64,000 nt of DNA from Callorhinchus milii. Taxonomy: Eukaryota. The DNA is taken from NCBI RefSeq assembly GCF_018977255.1, contig NW_024704748.1:24118001-24182000 (forward strand). The letters run 5' to 3'. The notes under the pieces were generated by a model. The model searched no databases, was not told where the DNA came from, and saw only the letters and a program-made list of their open reading frames with translations. Position numbers and translations under genes: made by a program. Of this stretch, positions 1 to 12,008 are shown piece after piece. Position 1 is the first letter of the stretch; each line of letters opens with the position of its first letter.

Positions 1-240
1 TTAGGCCAGTTTCCTTGCTCCACTCGCCTCTGTTTACCTAACAGTAAGGTAATAAGCCCTCCAAAACAAAATCCAGTCACTCAATCCACGACTGATTGTG
101 GGACACTTCTGTGCGCAATGGGCTGCCATATTTTGCCTACAAAATAAAGAGTCTATCCACTTTACAGTAATTCTGTGAAGCGCTTTGAGATGTCTCAGTG
201 ACGTGGTAAGGCACCCTATCAAATCCAAGAATTATTATTA
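1..240 (+). mobile_element. tRNA-derived Deu-domain SINE, older subfamily, 5' end cut by the window edge
   Basis: Body (gactgattgtgggacac..gcgcaatgggctgcc) and tail (ctgtgaagcgctttgaga..atcaaatccaagaattattatta) match the other SINE copies in this window. Confidence 0.8.
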
Positions 241-544
241 CGTTATTGTTATTTCACAGCAATATATTGAAATCTGGTGTTTAAATATTCATTAGCAAAG
301 CACGAGGGGTAATCCACAAATGTCAAAATAGTTTTTAAAACCACGATGTATGGAAAACAGAAGAAAAGATTCTGTTGAAATGTGTCAAAAACATGGATTA
401 TTTCATAGATGTTCAGCAGTGTTCTCAGTGCACCAGTGAGATTCAGTGGAAACTTCAGGAAGGTAAGATAGAGTAAAAAGAGGAACGCACTAAAGCTTCA
501 CAAGAAAAAAAAGAAAGGATTCAAAGATGATACAGTGTAGTAGT

Positions 545-690
545 GGACCCTACAGACTGAGAATGTCCCAGGTTCAATCCTTGGTCTGTGCTGTGCTCAG
601 TTAGTCAATCTCAGTAGTTCTGGCAATAGGGGAGGGGATAGGGGTGCGAGGGGTGCATTTGGTTTTGTGTCTCTTGGCTAGTAAAAGGAA
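545..690 (+). mobile_element. Old SINE-like fragment of a second family
   Basis: cccaggttcaatccttggtctgtgctgtgctcagttagtcaatctcag has a B-box-like GGTTCAATCC. Related copies lie at about 1950-2060 (+) and 2345-2405 (-). Confidence 0.5.
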
Positions 691-719
691 AAACGCACTC
701 CACCATAAAAGTATCAGCT

Positions 720-1105
720 TGGCTCATTAGGTAAAGCTCTTACTATTGGGTCACAAAGCAATAGGTTCAAGTCTCACATCAGAACTTGAGCTCATAGCAT
801 AAGCTGCCCGGGGAACCACTGAATTGTCAGAGATGCCATCCTTTAGATGGGACATTACATTGAGGTCCCATCTGTGTGGTGTTCAGGTGCACATTAAAGA
901 CCCTATGGCAATATTTGCAAAGAAAAGGGATTTTTTTTCCCAGTGTTCATCAATCCCCCAGATAATTAATCATTCACCTCATGGCTGTTCACTGTTTGTG
1001 GGATCTAGCCTCTGCTAGAAAAGCAGCTACTGTACTTGACAGTAATTGCTGTAAAGCACTTTGATATGTTTAGATGTGATAACTAAGGTACTATAAAAAT
1101 GCAAC
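720..1105 (+). mobile_element. Ancient Deu-domain SINE (AmnSINE1/SacSINE1-like)
   Basis: gttcaggtgcacattaaagaccctatggcaatattt..gggattttttttcccagtgtt..ctgtttgtgggatct..ctgtaaagcactttga..ctataaaaatgcaa resembles the Deu domain plus L2-type tail. Confidence 0.65.
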
Positions 1106-1828
1106 TCATTTGGTACCCCATCACATCCAACCACTCTCATCCAAACACCCTGAAAATCACAAAGCTAGGTCATTATTGATCTAAATTATATCTACTTATG
1201 TGTTAAACCGATTGCCAACCACATCATTACTTTAAACGCTTACTCTGTTTTCTACTTTGAGTGCTGAAATCTCGCTTGAACTAAGCCACCTAAAACAGCC
1301 TTAAAACATAATCCTTTTAAGCCTTCAACTCTTAAAATTATTGAACCAATCTGTTAGGCTGTCAGACTTGTACACAACATGTCCATCTCAGTACAGTCCA
1401 TCATCATAGCACTTTAAATAAAGTATTTTCATTGAGTGGGCATTGTGATTGTTAGCATTTTAGGAGCATAATTATAAGTGTGGATTTAAATAGAAGGCAT
1501 TAACTAATAAATAGATTTAAAGAACTGGGTATTCAACAAGATCGTGGGAATGGTATACATCTAAGGATGTTTCGTATACTATTGTCAGTAGAATTTATTT
1601 TCGGATTCATAGCCTTGCACAGTGGCAAGTTATAGGTTTGTTGATTTGGGGAAAAAATATCTTCACTAAAATATCCTGGGTTTTCTGCAATTAAAAGCAA
1701 TAAAATAAAATGATGAATTTACTGACCAGTGCAGATGAGCCATGTTCTGTTCCTGAGATTGGCAGCTCAAGCCAATCATGGTGCCAATGTTGATGCCATT
1801 GCTGAGGTTGAAATGTGCTGAACTATGG

Positions 1829-1945
1829 AATAATAATAATAATAATCCTTGCATTTGATATAGCACCTCATTATGTCTTCGAGACGTATCAAAGCGCTTC
1901 ACAGAATACGTTGAAAAGTGCATTTCGTGGGCGAAACGCAGCATT
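1829..1945 (-). mobile_element. SINE 3' fragment
   Basis: (aat)n ccttgcatttgatatagcacc..aaagcgcttcacagaata is the reverse complement of the SINE tail. Confidence 0.75.
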
Positions 1946-2429
1946 GACAGGAAGTTCCCAGGTTCAATCCCTGGCCTGGTCTGCGCTGAGATAACTGACC
2001 TCAGCCAACGTGCCAGCTGTAGTGGCATTGTGCTTATCCTCAGAACTCCTGAACTAAAGAGGTGTAAAAAATAAATCACACGGCAGTGTATGTGTGTGTG
2101 TGTGTGCGTGGCTGCTGGGTGAGGACAGCATTGATTATTATTATTTATTTTTTAAATCACCCTTTTTCCCCGGTCATTACAATTCTCTCCAAATGGCAAT
2201 GACGCATGTCAGCGTGTGTGCCAACAGATCACTGACACATTGTGCAAGTGAGCAATTATGTACAAGATTGAGTGGTCACTCACACAGCCCATGGGTGATC
2301 TGTACCCTGGGAACACCCATCAAGGCAATTATATTGCTCCAAGTCCCAGCTTGCCTGAGTTGAGATAGGTTGAGCAGAGGTCAGGGATCAAATCTGGGAC
2401 TTTCTTAGTTTATCTTCGACATTCCTACT

Positions 2430-2577
2430 CCCCATCCCACTACCCATTTCTCCGCTCAACTGGCTCTCCTGACTGCTGTTCCACCATCGGTGGCCGTGCT
2501 TTCAGCCGCTGTTCCCCAAAAGTCTGGAACTCTCTCCCTCAATCCCCAGCCTCAAGACATCCCTCTTCGACCGCGCG
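2430..2577 (+). mobile_element. L2 LINE 3' fragment
   Basis: ccaccatcggtggccgtgctttcagccgc..tctggaactctctccctc..ctcaagacatccctcttcgacc encodes a degenerate TIGGRAFS..WNSLP..KT.LF motif. Confidence 0.65.
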
Positions 2578-3299
2578 CGAAAAACCGAAACAACGAGTTG
2601 CTCCGCAATTTTGTTTAAAGGAGATGCGCAGAATATCGTATCGTGTCCTGCGTGGCGCACATTGTTTTTCTTGCTTTCAAGGAGGTCAAATGGAAAGCAG
2701 ATTCTCTTAAGAACCAGACCAATCTTGTGATCTTCTGATAAGAGTGCAAACAGTTGGGTGGGGGGGGGTGAGGTGGGGGTGGTCTGCATGTACACTCTGC
2801 ATATAATCCTGTGACAACTAAACGATAATTATAGATGACTCTTTAGCCCTCAGCTATTTTTAACATCAGTATTGAATAAACAGCAGGGTGGGTGGGTGGG
2901 TGGGGGGGGGAGGGGGAGGTGGGGGGAAGAGGAAGGTAATTAACCACAAAAAAAAATCCTCCGAGTACGCCGCTCAGTTACTGCTTTCCCAGTGTTCCCT
3001 TTAACTCCGAACCACTTCGCAGAACAATCTGTGGAGTATTTTGCAGCACTGAGTGCCTTGGATCGCGGCACCGTCTCACCTCCTTACTCAGAGAGTCAGT
3101 GTGAGTATTTGTACTGTATGTGCGAGCGTGTGTGTACTGAGAGTGTGTGTGTGGTGGGGGGGGGGGGGTGCGTGTGCGTGCGTGTGAGGGGGGGTGGGGG
3201 GGTTGTTAGGAGGAGAGAGAAAAGGAGGTCAATTTTAAACCCTGAAATAAATCAGGACCGGGTCCCCGTTGACTTTTTGTTACACCCATTCCGACCGAG

Positions 3300-3680
3300 T
3301 TAAAAGCATCTGCCGTTTGTCGAACCGATAGCAATAACCACACAGCGAGGAAAGGGCGGGCGGGCGGGTCCCCGACGGCAAACAGTACCGTTTAATAACA
3401 ACAACAACAACAACAACAATAACAACAACAATCCTTGCATTCGATGCAGCGCCTTATCGCTGCGGCGCGACTCCTCACAGCGCTTCGCGCGGGGGCTATG
3501 GGGTAAAGCGGAGTGACTGTGCGTTGTGCGGGCGAAACAACTCCTTCGGGATAAGACGAGAGTGCGAGTGAGGGTTGGGGGTGGGAGTGGGGGGGTGTTG
3601 GGGGGGGTGGGGTGGGGGGGGGAAACTCATGCATTTATAATCGCAGAGAGTCCAGGAAGTGACAAGGCACTTCCTTTACT
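3300..3680 (+). promoter_or_regulatory. FAM53B: Putative FAM53B promoter
   Basis: Local CpG enrichment, GC boxes (gggcgggcgggcggg at about 3353-3369), TATA-like tttataa (3634-3640), and an inverted ETS-type pair aggaagtg (3654-3661) / cacttcct (3668-3675), all upstream of a strong splice donor. Confidence 0.5.
3393..3540 (-). mobile_element. SINE 3' fragment with (AAC)n tail, inside the CpG-rich promoter region
   Basis: (aac)n aatccttgcattcgatgcagcgccttatc..cagcgcttcgc..gtgactgtgcgttgtgcgggcgaaac aligns to the SINE tail. Confidence 0.65.
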
Positions 3681-3837
3681 ATTTCAGCTGATCGGCAGCG
3701 AGTCACAGGGATCCGAGTCTCCAGAAGAGAAAGACGGACACACACACAGAGAGAGAGAGAGACACACACACACACACAGAGGTGATTGCCCTGGAACAGG
3801 ATCATAAGGAGGAGGGGGTGTGGGGGGGGGGAGAGAG
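3650..3837 (+). other. FAM53B: Putative non-coding exon 1 of FAM53B (start approximate)
   Basis: Consensus donor GAG|GTAAGT at 3837/3838 just downstream of the promoter-like region. Exon 2 begins at an acceptor upstream of its ATG, so an upstream exon is required. Confidence 0.5.
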
Positions 3838-3999
3838 GTAAGTTTGCAGAAGGCTGGGGCTGTCTGTCTGTGTCTGTGTGTCTGTCTGTGTGTGTCAGGG
3901 GGTAGGTTTGCTGTGGGGGGTGGGGGGCGTCTCTCTGTGGGTCTGTTGTTGTGTGTGTGTGTGTGGGGGGGATCTGTGTGACTGTGTTAAGGGAAAGAG

Positions 4000-4520
4000 G
4001 GGGGGTTTGCAGGCTGAGTGGGGGGGGTTCTGTCTGTGTGTCTGGGGGGTTGCAGGCTGAGTGGGGGATTGGGGGGTTGCAGGCTGAGTGGGGGGGTGTC
4101 TGTGTCTGTGGGGGGTTGCAGGCTGAGTGGGGGGATTGGGGGGGTTGCAGGCTGAGTGGGGGGATTGGGGGGTTGCAGGCTGAGTGGGGGGTTGGGGGGG
4201 TTGCAGGCTGAGTGGGGGGATTGGGTGGGTTGCAAGCTGAGTGGGGGGTTGGGTGGGTTGCAAGCTGAGTGGGGGGGTTGCAGGCTGAGTGGGGGGGTTG
4301 CAGGCTGAGTGGGGGGATTGGGGGGTTGCAAGCTGAGTGGGGGGGTTGCAGGCTGAGTGGGGGATTGGGGGGGTTGCAGGCTGAGTGGGGGGATTGGGGG
4401 GGTTGCAGGCTGAGTGGGGGGGGTTGCAGGCTGAGTGGGGGGGGTTGCAGGCTGAGTGGGGGGGGTTGCAGGCTGAGTGGGGGGGTTGGGGGGGGTTGCA
4501 GGCTGAGTGGGGGGATTGGG
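4000..4520. repeat. G-rich minisatellite, core TTGCA(G/A)GCTGAGT(G)n with an optional ATT(G)n module, about 19 copies of 20-31 bp
   Basis: Directly visible tandem array. It explains the Pro/Gly-rich spurious ORFs. Confidence 0.95.
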
Positions 4521-4738
4521 TGCGGATACATTGTGGGGGGGGGGTGTGAAGTCGTGGAGTTGGTGACAGACTGTGCGGTGTTGGTGTTGGAGAGAGAAGC
4601 AGCAGAAGTCACAGCTCTGCTCTCCTCCTCTCCTCTCATCCCCTCCTCATCTGTGGGCTGATCACCACCTTCAGACCCAACACCAACACCCGAGGCAAGA
4701 CGTGACCTGAAGGAGTCATCACTAGGGGCGAAATATCC

Positions 4739-4770
<32 letters not shown>

Positions 4771-4797
4771 TATATATATATAAAATATATATATTAT
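4739..4797. repeat. (TA)n microsatellite, interrupted
   Basis: Directly visible. Confidence 0.95.
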
Positions 4798-5423
4798 ACC
4801 CAGAGAGAGCTTTTTGTTCAACTGATCCAGCACCTTCTCAGTCTCCCATCCTTTGCCTGACAAGGACTGATCTCTTCCTGTGGGTATTCATTAATTTTCT
4901 TGTGATTATTGGTTGCAATAGTTCCAACAGTTATCAACGTCTCTCTCCCTCCCCTTATCCCACCCAGAAATAAAGTGATTGAATCTGAGAAAGGAAGCCA
5001 AGCTGCAGTCAGTGTGATAAATAAAAGGTTCCTTTCCCTTCTGAAACGAGAGAACCTTTTGTTTAGCAGTTTCTCTACTTTGATTTGTTGTGGAGGTTTT
5101 TTTTTGAAAAAAAAGAGAAATCTGGTTTTTCTTTCTCCTTTTTTTTTAAAAAGAAAAAAGTCTTATTATTTGGTGGAGGCAGGGATAGAGAGAGTTGAAA
5201 TGATTTGTGTTTAATGGAAGGGGGGGGAGAGAGCCTGTGATTTTTGTTTTGGTTTCCTTCTTAAAGTGTGTATGCTTCTCTGTCCGCTCAGTTCTTCTCC
5301 CTAAATCCAGTCTGCAGTGCTTTACGCCAGCTGCGTGCACACTGGCGATGGATAGACACACACATCGATCTGCCCGTGAAGACTTGCTGTAGGAAAAGTC
5401 ACATTTCCAACAGCAATGATAAC

Positions 5424-5783
5424 ATAATAATCCTTGCATTTGATTTGGCGCCTTATCACGTCGTCGAGACGTCTCAAAGCACTTCGCAGAATACATCGTA
5501 CAGTGAACTGACTGCATTTTTTGTGAGCAAATGCGGCAGCCAATTGAGCACAGCAGCGTCCCACAAACAGTTCTGGATTGAGTGTCCACATTTTTTTTGA
5601 AGGGTTATTACCTCCGGAAAGCGATCCGCCGATCGACTAACAACCAAGTTCCTACTCACTGCTGAGTAAACAGAAGCGTGGACGGTAAGGAATCTTGCTT
5701 GAGGTTTCGTCCCGCTCGGGAATTGAACCTGGATCCTCTCGCTTGCAAGACGAGTGCTCTGACCAATATGCTACAGGACTCCA
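5424..5783 (-). mobile_element. Full-length tRNA-Ala-derived SINE, longer and diverged variant
   Basis: Tail at 5424, Deu-like body, and head (reverse of ggagtcctgtagcatattggtcagagcactcgtcttgcaagcgagaggatccaggttcaattcc) at about 5715-5783. Confidence 0.85.
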
Positions 5784-6679
5784 GTACGGTACTATATAGT
5801 ATTCCCGAGGGCTCCTCTTCCCTGTGTTTATTTTTTGCTATCACATTTTCACCGTCACTATTGTATTAAAGGAAGGCGTCTTGCTACACACAAGCCTTTT
5901 GGGAACCGCCTTAAACTTTTATGTTTTTTTTAAACAAAGCTTTATAGTTTAAAAAGGTAAATATACATTTAAAACAATTTCTCCCAACATTTTGTTTAAA
6001 CACTAGCTGTAATATAAATCACCCCAATGCTTAACTACTGTCTGCAGTGTGGAACCATAACCTTCACTGTTTGGTTTTACAAATTGTGATAATATTACTC
6101 TATGAAAGTATCCTTCAGTATCTTTGCCCATGTGCACTAGTTGTGATTGTTGCTGTGCTTTGCCTTTACAATAACTTCATAACTTTTTTTGAAGCTTCAA
6201 GTAATGAATTAGATTAGAAAATGATTAAGAACATTTCTTTCTCATGAGGGTTAGCACCTATCCAGCGTTGTATGCAAGCAGTCTAAAATGCTTCTTAGAT
6301 CCTTAAGAATTGACTGAGGCTTGATTCCATGAGATGAATTGCAGAATACTTTCCCTTTGACTGTGTTGATGAATGAAGGTATGGTGTGCTGCTGAGATCA
6401 AGTACTATAGCATGCACGTCTTGTGCAGACTGCTGCCACAGTGAGCAACTGTTTCCAGCTGTGAAGACACAAAAGACTGGCTAAGGTATTTTGAAGCTTG
6501 AGTTTGGCGTTATATAGGGTATACATCACTTACAAGTAAGTATTCTGGGCTGACTGTGTAAGTGGCTGGGGGCAATGTGCATTCTGTCGGGATAGAGCTT
6601 ATTGTTTGTAGTTGCACAATGTTCTTTACTAAATTTAAATTGTTTTTGCTCGGGCATAAAAGTTAAATGGGCAACCACG

Positions 6680-7330
6680 CAGTATAGAACTTCCTTGCTT
6701 TGATTGTCCTACGCGCCAGAGATTTGGCTTTCAGGTTTGAAGTTGTGTCCACACTGCCAACCAAGTTTCCGTTGGAATACTGTAAGCCTGGCTTTGCTGA
6801 ATGTGGTTTCTTAAAGGCATTTCAGCCCAGGGAAGATCCTGCATACCCTCCCCTCCTGTCCAGAACAGAACATCCGCTGAACCTTCTCCAGCTCTGCGAT
6901 GTCTTTGTGAATTCAGGGAGTCCCCAAAATGCACACCATATTAGAAAGGACCAGTGACCTGTACAAGGTTAGTGGATTTGACTTATTTTTATAATCAAAT
7001 ACCCTGGAGGTGCAGCCTAGAGCAGTGTTTGATTAGCTTTGTTGACTGCAGTATAGCATTGACCGGAAACTTCATTGAATGATCAATGATTACACCCAAA
7101 TCCTTTTCATTCTCCACTATTATCCGATACAAAATTTTACTCGTTCTAACAGCAAGAACAACAATAACAATTTATATTGACAGTACCTTGCAATTATTAT
7201 AAAGCCAATTAATGTTCCTTAACCTACTTGCCTTCTTCGTCCAGATCTTCTTTGAATACTATTTAGTCTGCGTACATTATCAACCTGCCAATTACCAGAA
7301 GCTTTCAAAACCTTTTCTAATCTCTTATTG
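6680..7330 (-). mobile_element. Degraded CR1-type LINE reverse transcriptase remnant
   Basis: Minus-strand translations, with stops and frameshifts: MYAD*, VENEKDLGVIIDHSM, C.TAVNKANQ, LYRSLV, KDIAELEKVQR. These are typical CR1 ORF2 C-terminal motifs. Confidence 0.7.
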
Positions 7331-7964
7331 GAATAGATTTCGTCTTGTAGGGTTTTTTATTCTGAGCGAAGCAAGATTTTCTATCCAATATATATAACTG
7401 TCTTATGGGTAACATAGAAAGCCAAGAGTATTTTAATCAATGAGTTCAGATGACACATTGACCAGGGAGACTAACATTTGCGTGGTTCCTAATTGCCCCT
7501 GAACCCAGAGATTACACTGCTAACTTGAATGTACATTTGGTAACTTGTTTGTCTTGGTTCAATCTGCACCATTTTAATTTGATAAGGTGATTCCAATTTA
7601 AATGTTGTGTTTACTTTTGGGGTGGCAGTGTGCATCATTATCGACTGTGATTGCCGGCGGACTACTTTATTTGTTAAAAATTCCAGTATCAGTCCTCGTT
7701 CAGTATTAGGCAGATTGCCTTTGGCAATGTTGGCAACTAATGGGATTTTGCATTATAGTCCTGCATCGCCAAGGGCATCAGGCATAATGTTGAATGGACT
7801 TTTTACCCTTATGTTTCTGATGTGTGATAAAGCGCACACAAGAAGATTCATTATTTATGATACGATCATTGCAATGTATTGTGTAATAATCAGCAGTTGA
7901 TTTGCTGGGCAATTCTCTTAGACAGTACATATTTACTGTCCGAGATATTTGGTTTTGGAGTACC

Positions 7965-8110
7965 TTTTTGTTTGTGGGACATTGTTGTGCGCAAACTGTT
8001 AGCCGTGTTTCACCCACAAAACACAGTCTAAATCACTGTACAATTATCCTTTAAAGCACTTTGAGACATGATAAGGCACTATATCAAATGCAAAGATTGT
8101 TATTATTATA
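7965..8110 (+). mobile_element. SINE 3' half
   Basis: tgtttgtgggacattgttgtgcgcaa..atatcaaatgcaaagattgttattatt. Confidence 0.75.
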
Positions 8111-9994
8111 TTTAATACTTAAGATGTAGTGTCTGGCTTGTATTTAGGAAAGATTTGTGCTTGTGAATTGATCTTTAACTTTGTTCTACATATGAAGCAA
8201 ACCGTACAATGCAGTAACGGTGAAGGTTTTGTTAGAGTAGCTTTTCAGTCCATATGTTGGCGTGATTTCTGCATTTCCTATGCAGTGAGATGTGTCGTGT
8301 AGGAGATTGAAAACATGGTTTGTTATCTGGAGGTCGGTGGTTGGTTTTAATTGTAAAGTGAGATTTGCTACCTCATGGAATCTGTTTGTGAGCTGCAGGA
8401 ATATGATTTGCCAGCATCAATAATACGGCCATCGGCTTCGAGCAGGCTGCCAATGAGAAATTAATTCAGACTCATGTGGCCATTGGCTGCAAACAATTAG
8501 CAAGGCATTGCGGTCAGTGGTACAATGAAAGGCTGTTTTATACTGTCACTATCAGTTTGCCAGCCACAAAACCTGACAATTCGTGGGAAGTGATCATAAT
8601 GGGACTTCACTCCCAAATCAAGAGGGAAAAAAACATTCAGGCTGAATTGCTCTGTAAGAGAAGCAATCTGCAGCAAACGCGATACTTTTTTTTATGTAGA
8701 CGCGCCCCAATGGCAAAATTTTTGTGTAGAATTTCACAATGTAAGTCCTTTAAAGGACCAATGGCAGGCATTGTAACGTGTCTTGCAGGAAGCCTTGCCA
8801 CATGGCAATAAGCACACAGTCAGGGTGCAGCTGCGTCAAAGTCACCCTTCAGCTACTTAAACGTAAATTATTATTTCAAGTTAGTTTTTAATAAAATCTA
8901 AGACTAATATTAAGTGGCAGTTTAACGTATAACAAGATAGACCATCTGCTGCAGATTAAAGGATTCTCCTCTTGTCTTGGCTTATGTTTGCTCGTCCTCT
9001 GAATTAACCCAAAAATTCAAATTAATTGGGTATGCGTCTCATTGTTGCTCGTAAAACCTCGCTGTGTTACGGATTAAACGATTGATGGACAGCATAACAG
9101 ATTCACTTCATTTTTAATTAATCTCGTTCGGTCAAGCGCTTTCAGACATGCCTTTTGCGTGAAAGGCGCTATTTAAATTGTTGTTGTAGTAAATTTACAA
9201 CAACAACAATCAGCACGGTGGGATTGTGTCAGGGCCGTGACTTCGAACATTTACATCAGAATAGTTAAGCTGCTACCAGCAGACTTAACTATGAATCGAA
9301 TGGACAGATTAAAATAGTCATTGCATCCCGACCCATCATTTGTATTGTTTTGTTTCAGTGACCTGTAGCCATAACAGAATCCTCTTGGTGGGCATTAGAC
9401 ACCATATGAGTGAAGCTCAGGCAGTGTAAAACCATCGCCTTAACCCCACAGATACAGCTACCAAGGAAATCCTCGTTGTTTAGAGGCTGGGTATTATAGG
9501 TAGAAAGGTGTTAGTAATCAGTCATTGACAGCTAATAAAGCATTGTGAAACCATTGTCCCCACAAGGAAGAAAGGAGAGGTACAGTATGTTGACAGAATT
9601 TTGCAGCAGGAGATGGGTTTGAATCCATGAATTGCCACACAATGAGTTGTAAATCGATCAGTTTGGGCAGTTACAGTAACGAGAGTGCTTCCTTGCAGAG
9701 ACTAATGGGCGATTGAAGGATATGTCATAGTGGGCCTTTTCCACATGGTTTTCAATAGTCTGCACAAGAAGGTCATTGGTGAAAGCCTTGGAGCAGGTTA
9801 TTTTCCTGCAAATCTTAAATGAGTTGGGTGTGAGGTGTGTGACAGTCCTCCTGAGAGCAATCATTTAATATTTGTGTCACTGAAATCCATTTATGATGGC
9901 CTCAGATTTATTTTCAGGTGCACTGTCCTAGCTTTCAGGATTCATTTTCTTCCCCTTTTTCCCTTTTATATCCAAGTTTCTCCTACTAGCTGGT

Positions 9995-10115
9995 ATGGCA
10001 AGGATATCGGGAAAGAGCGGGGGAGTGGGAATGATTGAGTAGCTCTTCCAAAGAGCCGGCACAGGCATAATGGGCTGAATGGCCTCCTGCTGTACTGTAA
10101 TATTCTACGATTCAT
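9995..10115 (+). mobile_element. CR1/HER1-like LINE 3' tail
   Basis: ctcttccaaagagccggcacaggcataatgggctgaatggcctcctgctgtactgtaatattctacgattc resembles chondrichthyan CR1 3' ends. Confidence 0.65.
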
Positions 10116-12008
10116 CCTATCTCCATGTTGTCCAGTGTCACAGGTTTCATGGTTTCATAGTCTGATGTCGAATTGCTGTATTTCAAATGTGTGATATAAA
10201 TAGAGTATTGTGCTCCTTGCCATGTTACGCTAAAAATCCAGATTTGTGAGTGTGATTGTAGCTCTCTGCTAAAATTATTTATCACTTCCAGCTAACGGCT
10301 GGTTATATGACATGGCCTGTATTTACTTTTCTACAGAAAGACTCTTTAGAAACTCATGTGGAATGGAAACACAGTTTTCTGAATCAGTTACTCATGGCAA
10401 GGAGTCTTGGAGTTTATATTAAGAAAGTGGATCTCAAAAAATCTCAGCATCAAACTAGTAAAAAAAAAGTTTTCTTCTCTGCCAAGTAACGTAACTGGCT
10501 CAGTTATTTTGTTTATACAGCAGTTGAACTGTTTGTGCTAAATTATTTCCTTTCTCATCTTGATAATTTTAACTTGGGAATGTGCACAAACTTTCTCCGT
10601 GTCTCCCCCACACCCTCCCCCAACCCCCATTTTTTGCTGTGGGCTGAGAGCGAACCTGTTCATGTTCCTCACGTTTCATGATTATTGTTTTGAAAATAAA
10701 TCTCACGGAATTTCAATAATAAATATAAAAATTATGTTTAAAATGACACCGCAGTTGTTTCGGAGCACTCAGTGACCTATTTGCTGGTTGATTACAGCTT
10801 CTGGGTTTTCGGTGTGAGGTTTCACAGTGACGTCACCCACTGCGTGATACCTCTTCAGCTGAGCTCAGTTGTCCTCAGTGAACAATTGAGGACATCTCTT
10901 CAGCTAATCTATCAGCGTTCAATCGAGAAGCGTAACTTTGGGGAAAATGGCCTGCGTTCAATTCCAAACTGCAACGCACAAACAAAACAAGGATGTCCCC
11001 ACCTTCCAAAAAAAACACCTGTCAGATTGAAAAAAGGAAATGAGTATAAGAATATTTGTACAATACAATGCAAGATTACATTTGTAAAGCACCTTTTACG
11101 TCGGGAGGATGTCCCAAAGCGCTGGACAGTCAAGGATTTGGACCCTGCACTGCAGTATTGTAGGTGCCTTATTACAATAATAAGTGGTGCTAATTTATTT
11201 GCAGGAAAATTGAATGCAACGTAATAAATTATTTTTTAAGTGGGAGAACGACCTGACTTTTCTTTTGACCTTTTATCTGGATGCAAAGCCATTTTTCTAT
11301 TAAGCTAAATATGAAAATAATAATCCTTGCGTTCACATTGCACAGTCAATCCATTTCGCAATATGTTCTGTGAAGCACTTTGGGACATCTCAATGACGTG
11401 ATAAGGCGCTATATCAAATGCAAGCATTATTATTATTCAATACAGCTCCTTTCATGTCAGGAGGATATCTCAAAAAGCTTCACAGGATGAAATACCTTTT
11501 GGTATTCCCAATTTTGTTGTTTTTGTTCCTTTTCCTCACTGCAGTGTTTCAGAGAAAAATATGTTTAAAAACCGGCCTTCGAATTTCAACATTGCCCCAA
11601 AGCAGTGTATTGTATTGTAGTGTATTGGTGTTCTGCCTTTACCACCAGTCTTTGCTGTACCAATGGTGAGGATTCAAAATCATTATTCCCCACATATCAA
11701 ATCTTGATCTGCTTCCATACTATCAGAGAGACACAGAGTGGAGGTGAAGTTTCCTGTAACTGTCATCATGGACTGCTCTGTAACAGATGGTTTTAGAGTA
11801 GATTTGGCAGCCATTTAGAAGCAAATCACCTTCTAAATCACCTCTGAATCTTGACTTGGCAGTGTGTGTGTGTGTGTGTGTGAAGAGAGTGAGACTGGTG
11901 GAAGGTTATAGATATTTAACTCCTGAGTATTTTCTCTATTTAACAATGGAAGTGTTGGAAATAAATGTATTAATTCCTTTCCCTTTTTGTTTTTCATGTT
12001 GCCGGCAG

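Noticed and set aside
409-462. Exon-like segment (ttcatag|...gaag|gtaaga)
   Set aside because: No frame resembles a protein I recognise, including the expected upstream neighbour EEF1AKMT2. It is probably a chance splice-site pair.
4000-4520. CRISPR-like repeat array
   Set aside because: The 'spacers' are only G tracts or repeated modules, and the context is vertebrate with no cas genes.
3635-4661. Long Pro-rich and Gly-rich ORFs (up to 334 aa) on both strands
   Set aside because: These are translations of the G-rich minisatellite and dinucleotide repeats, with no domain or splice logic.
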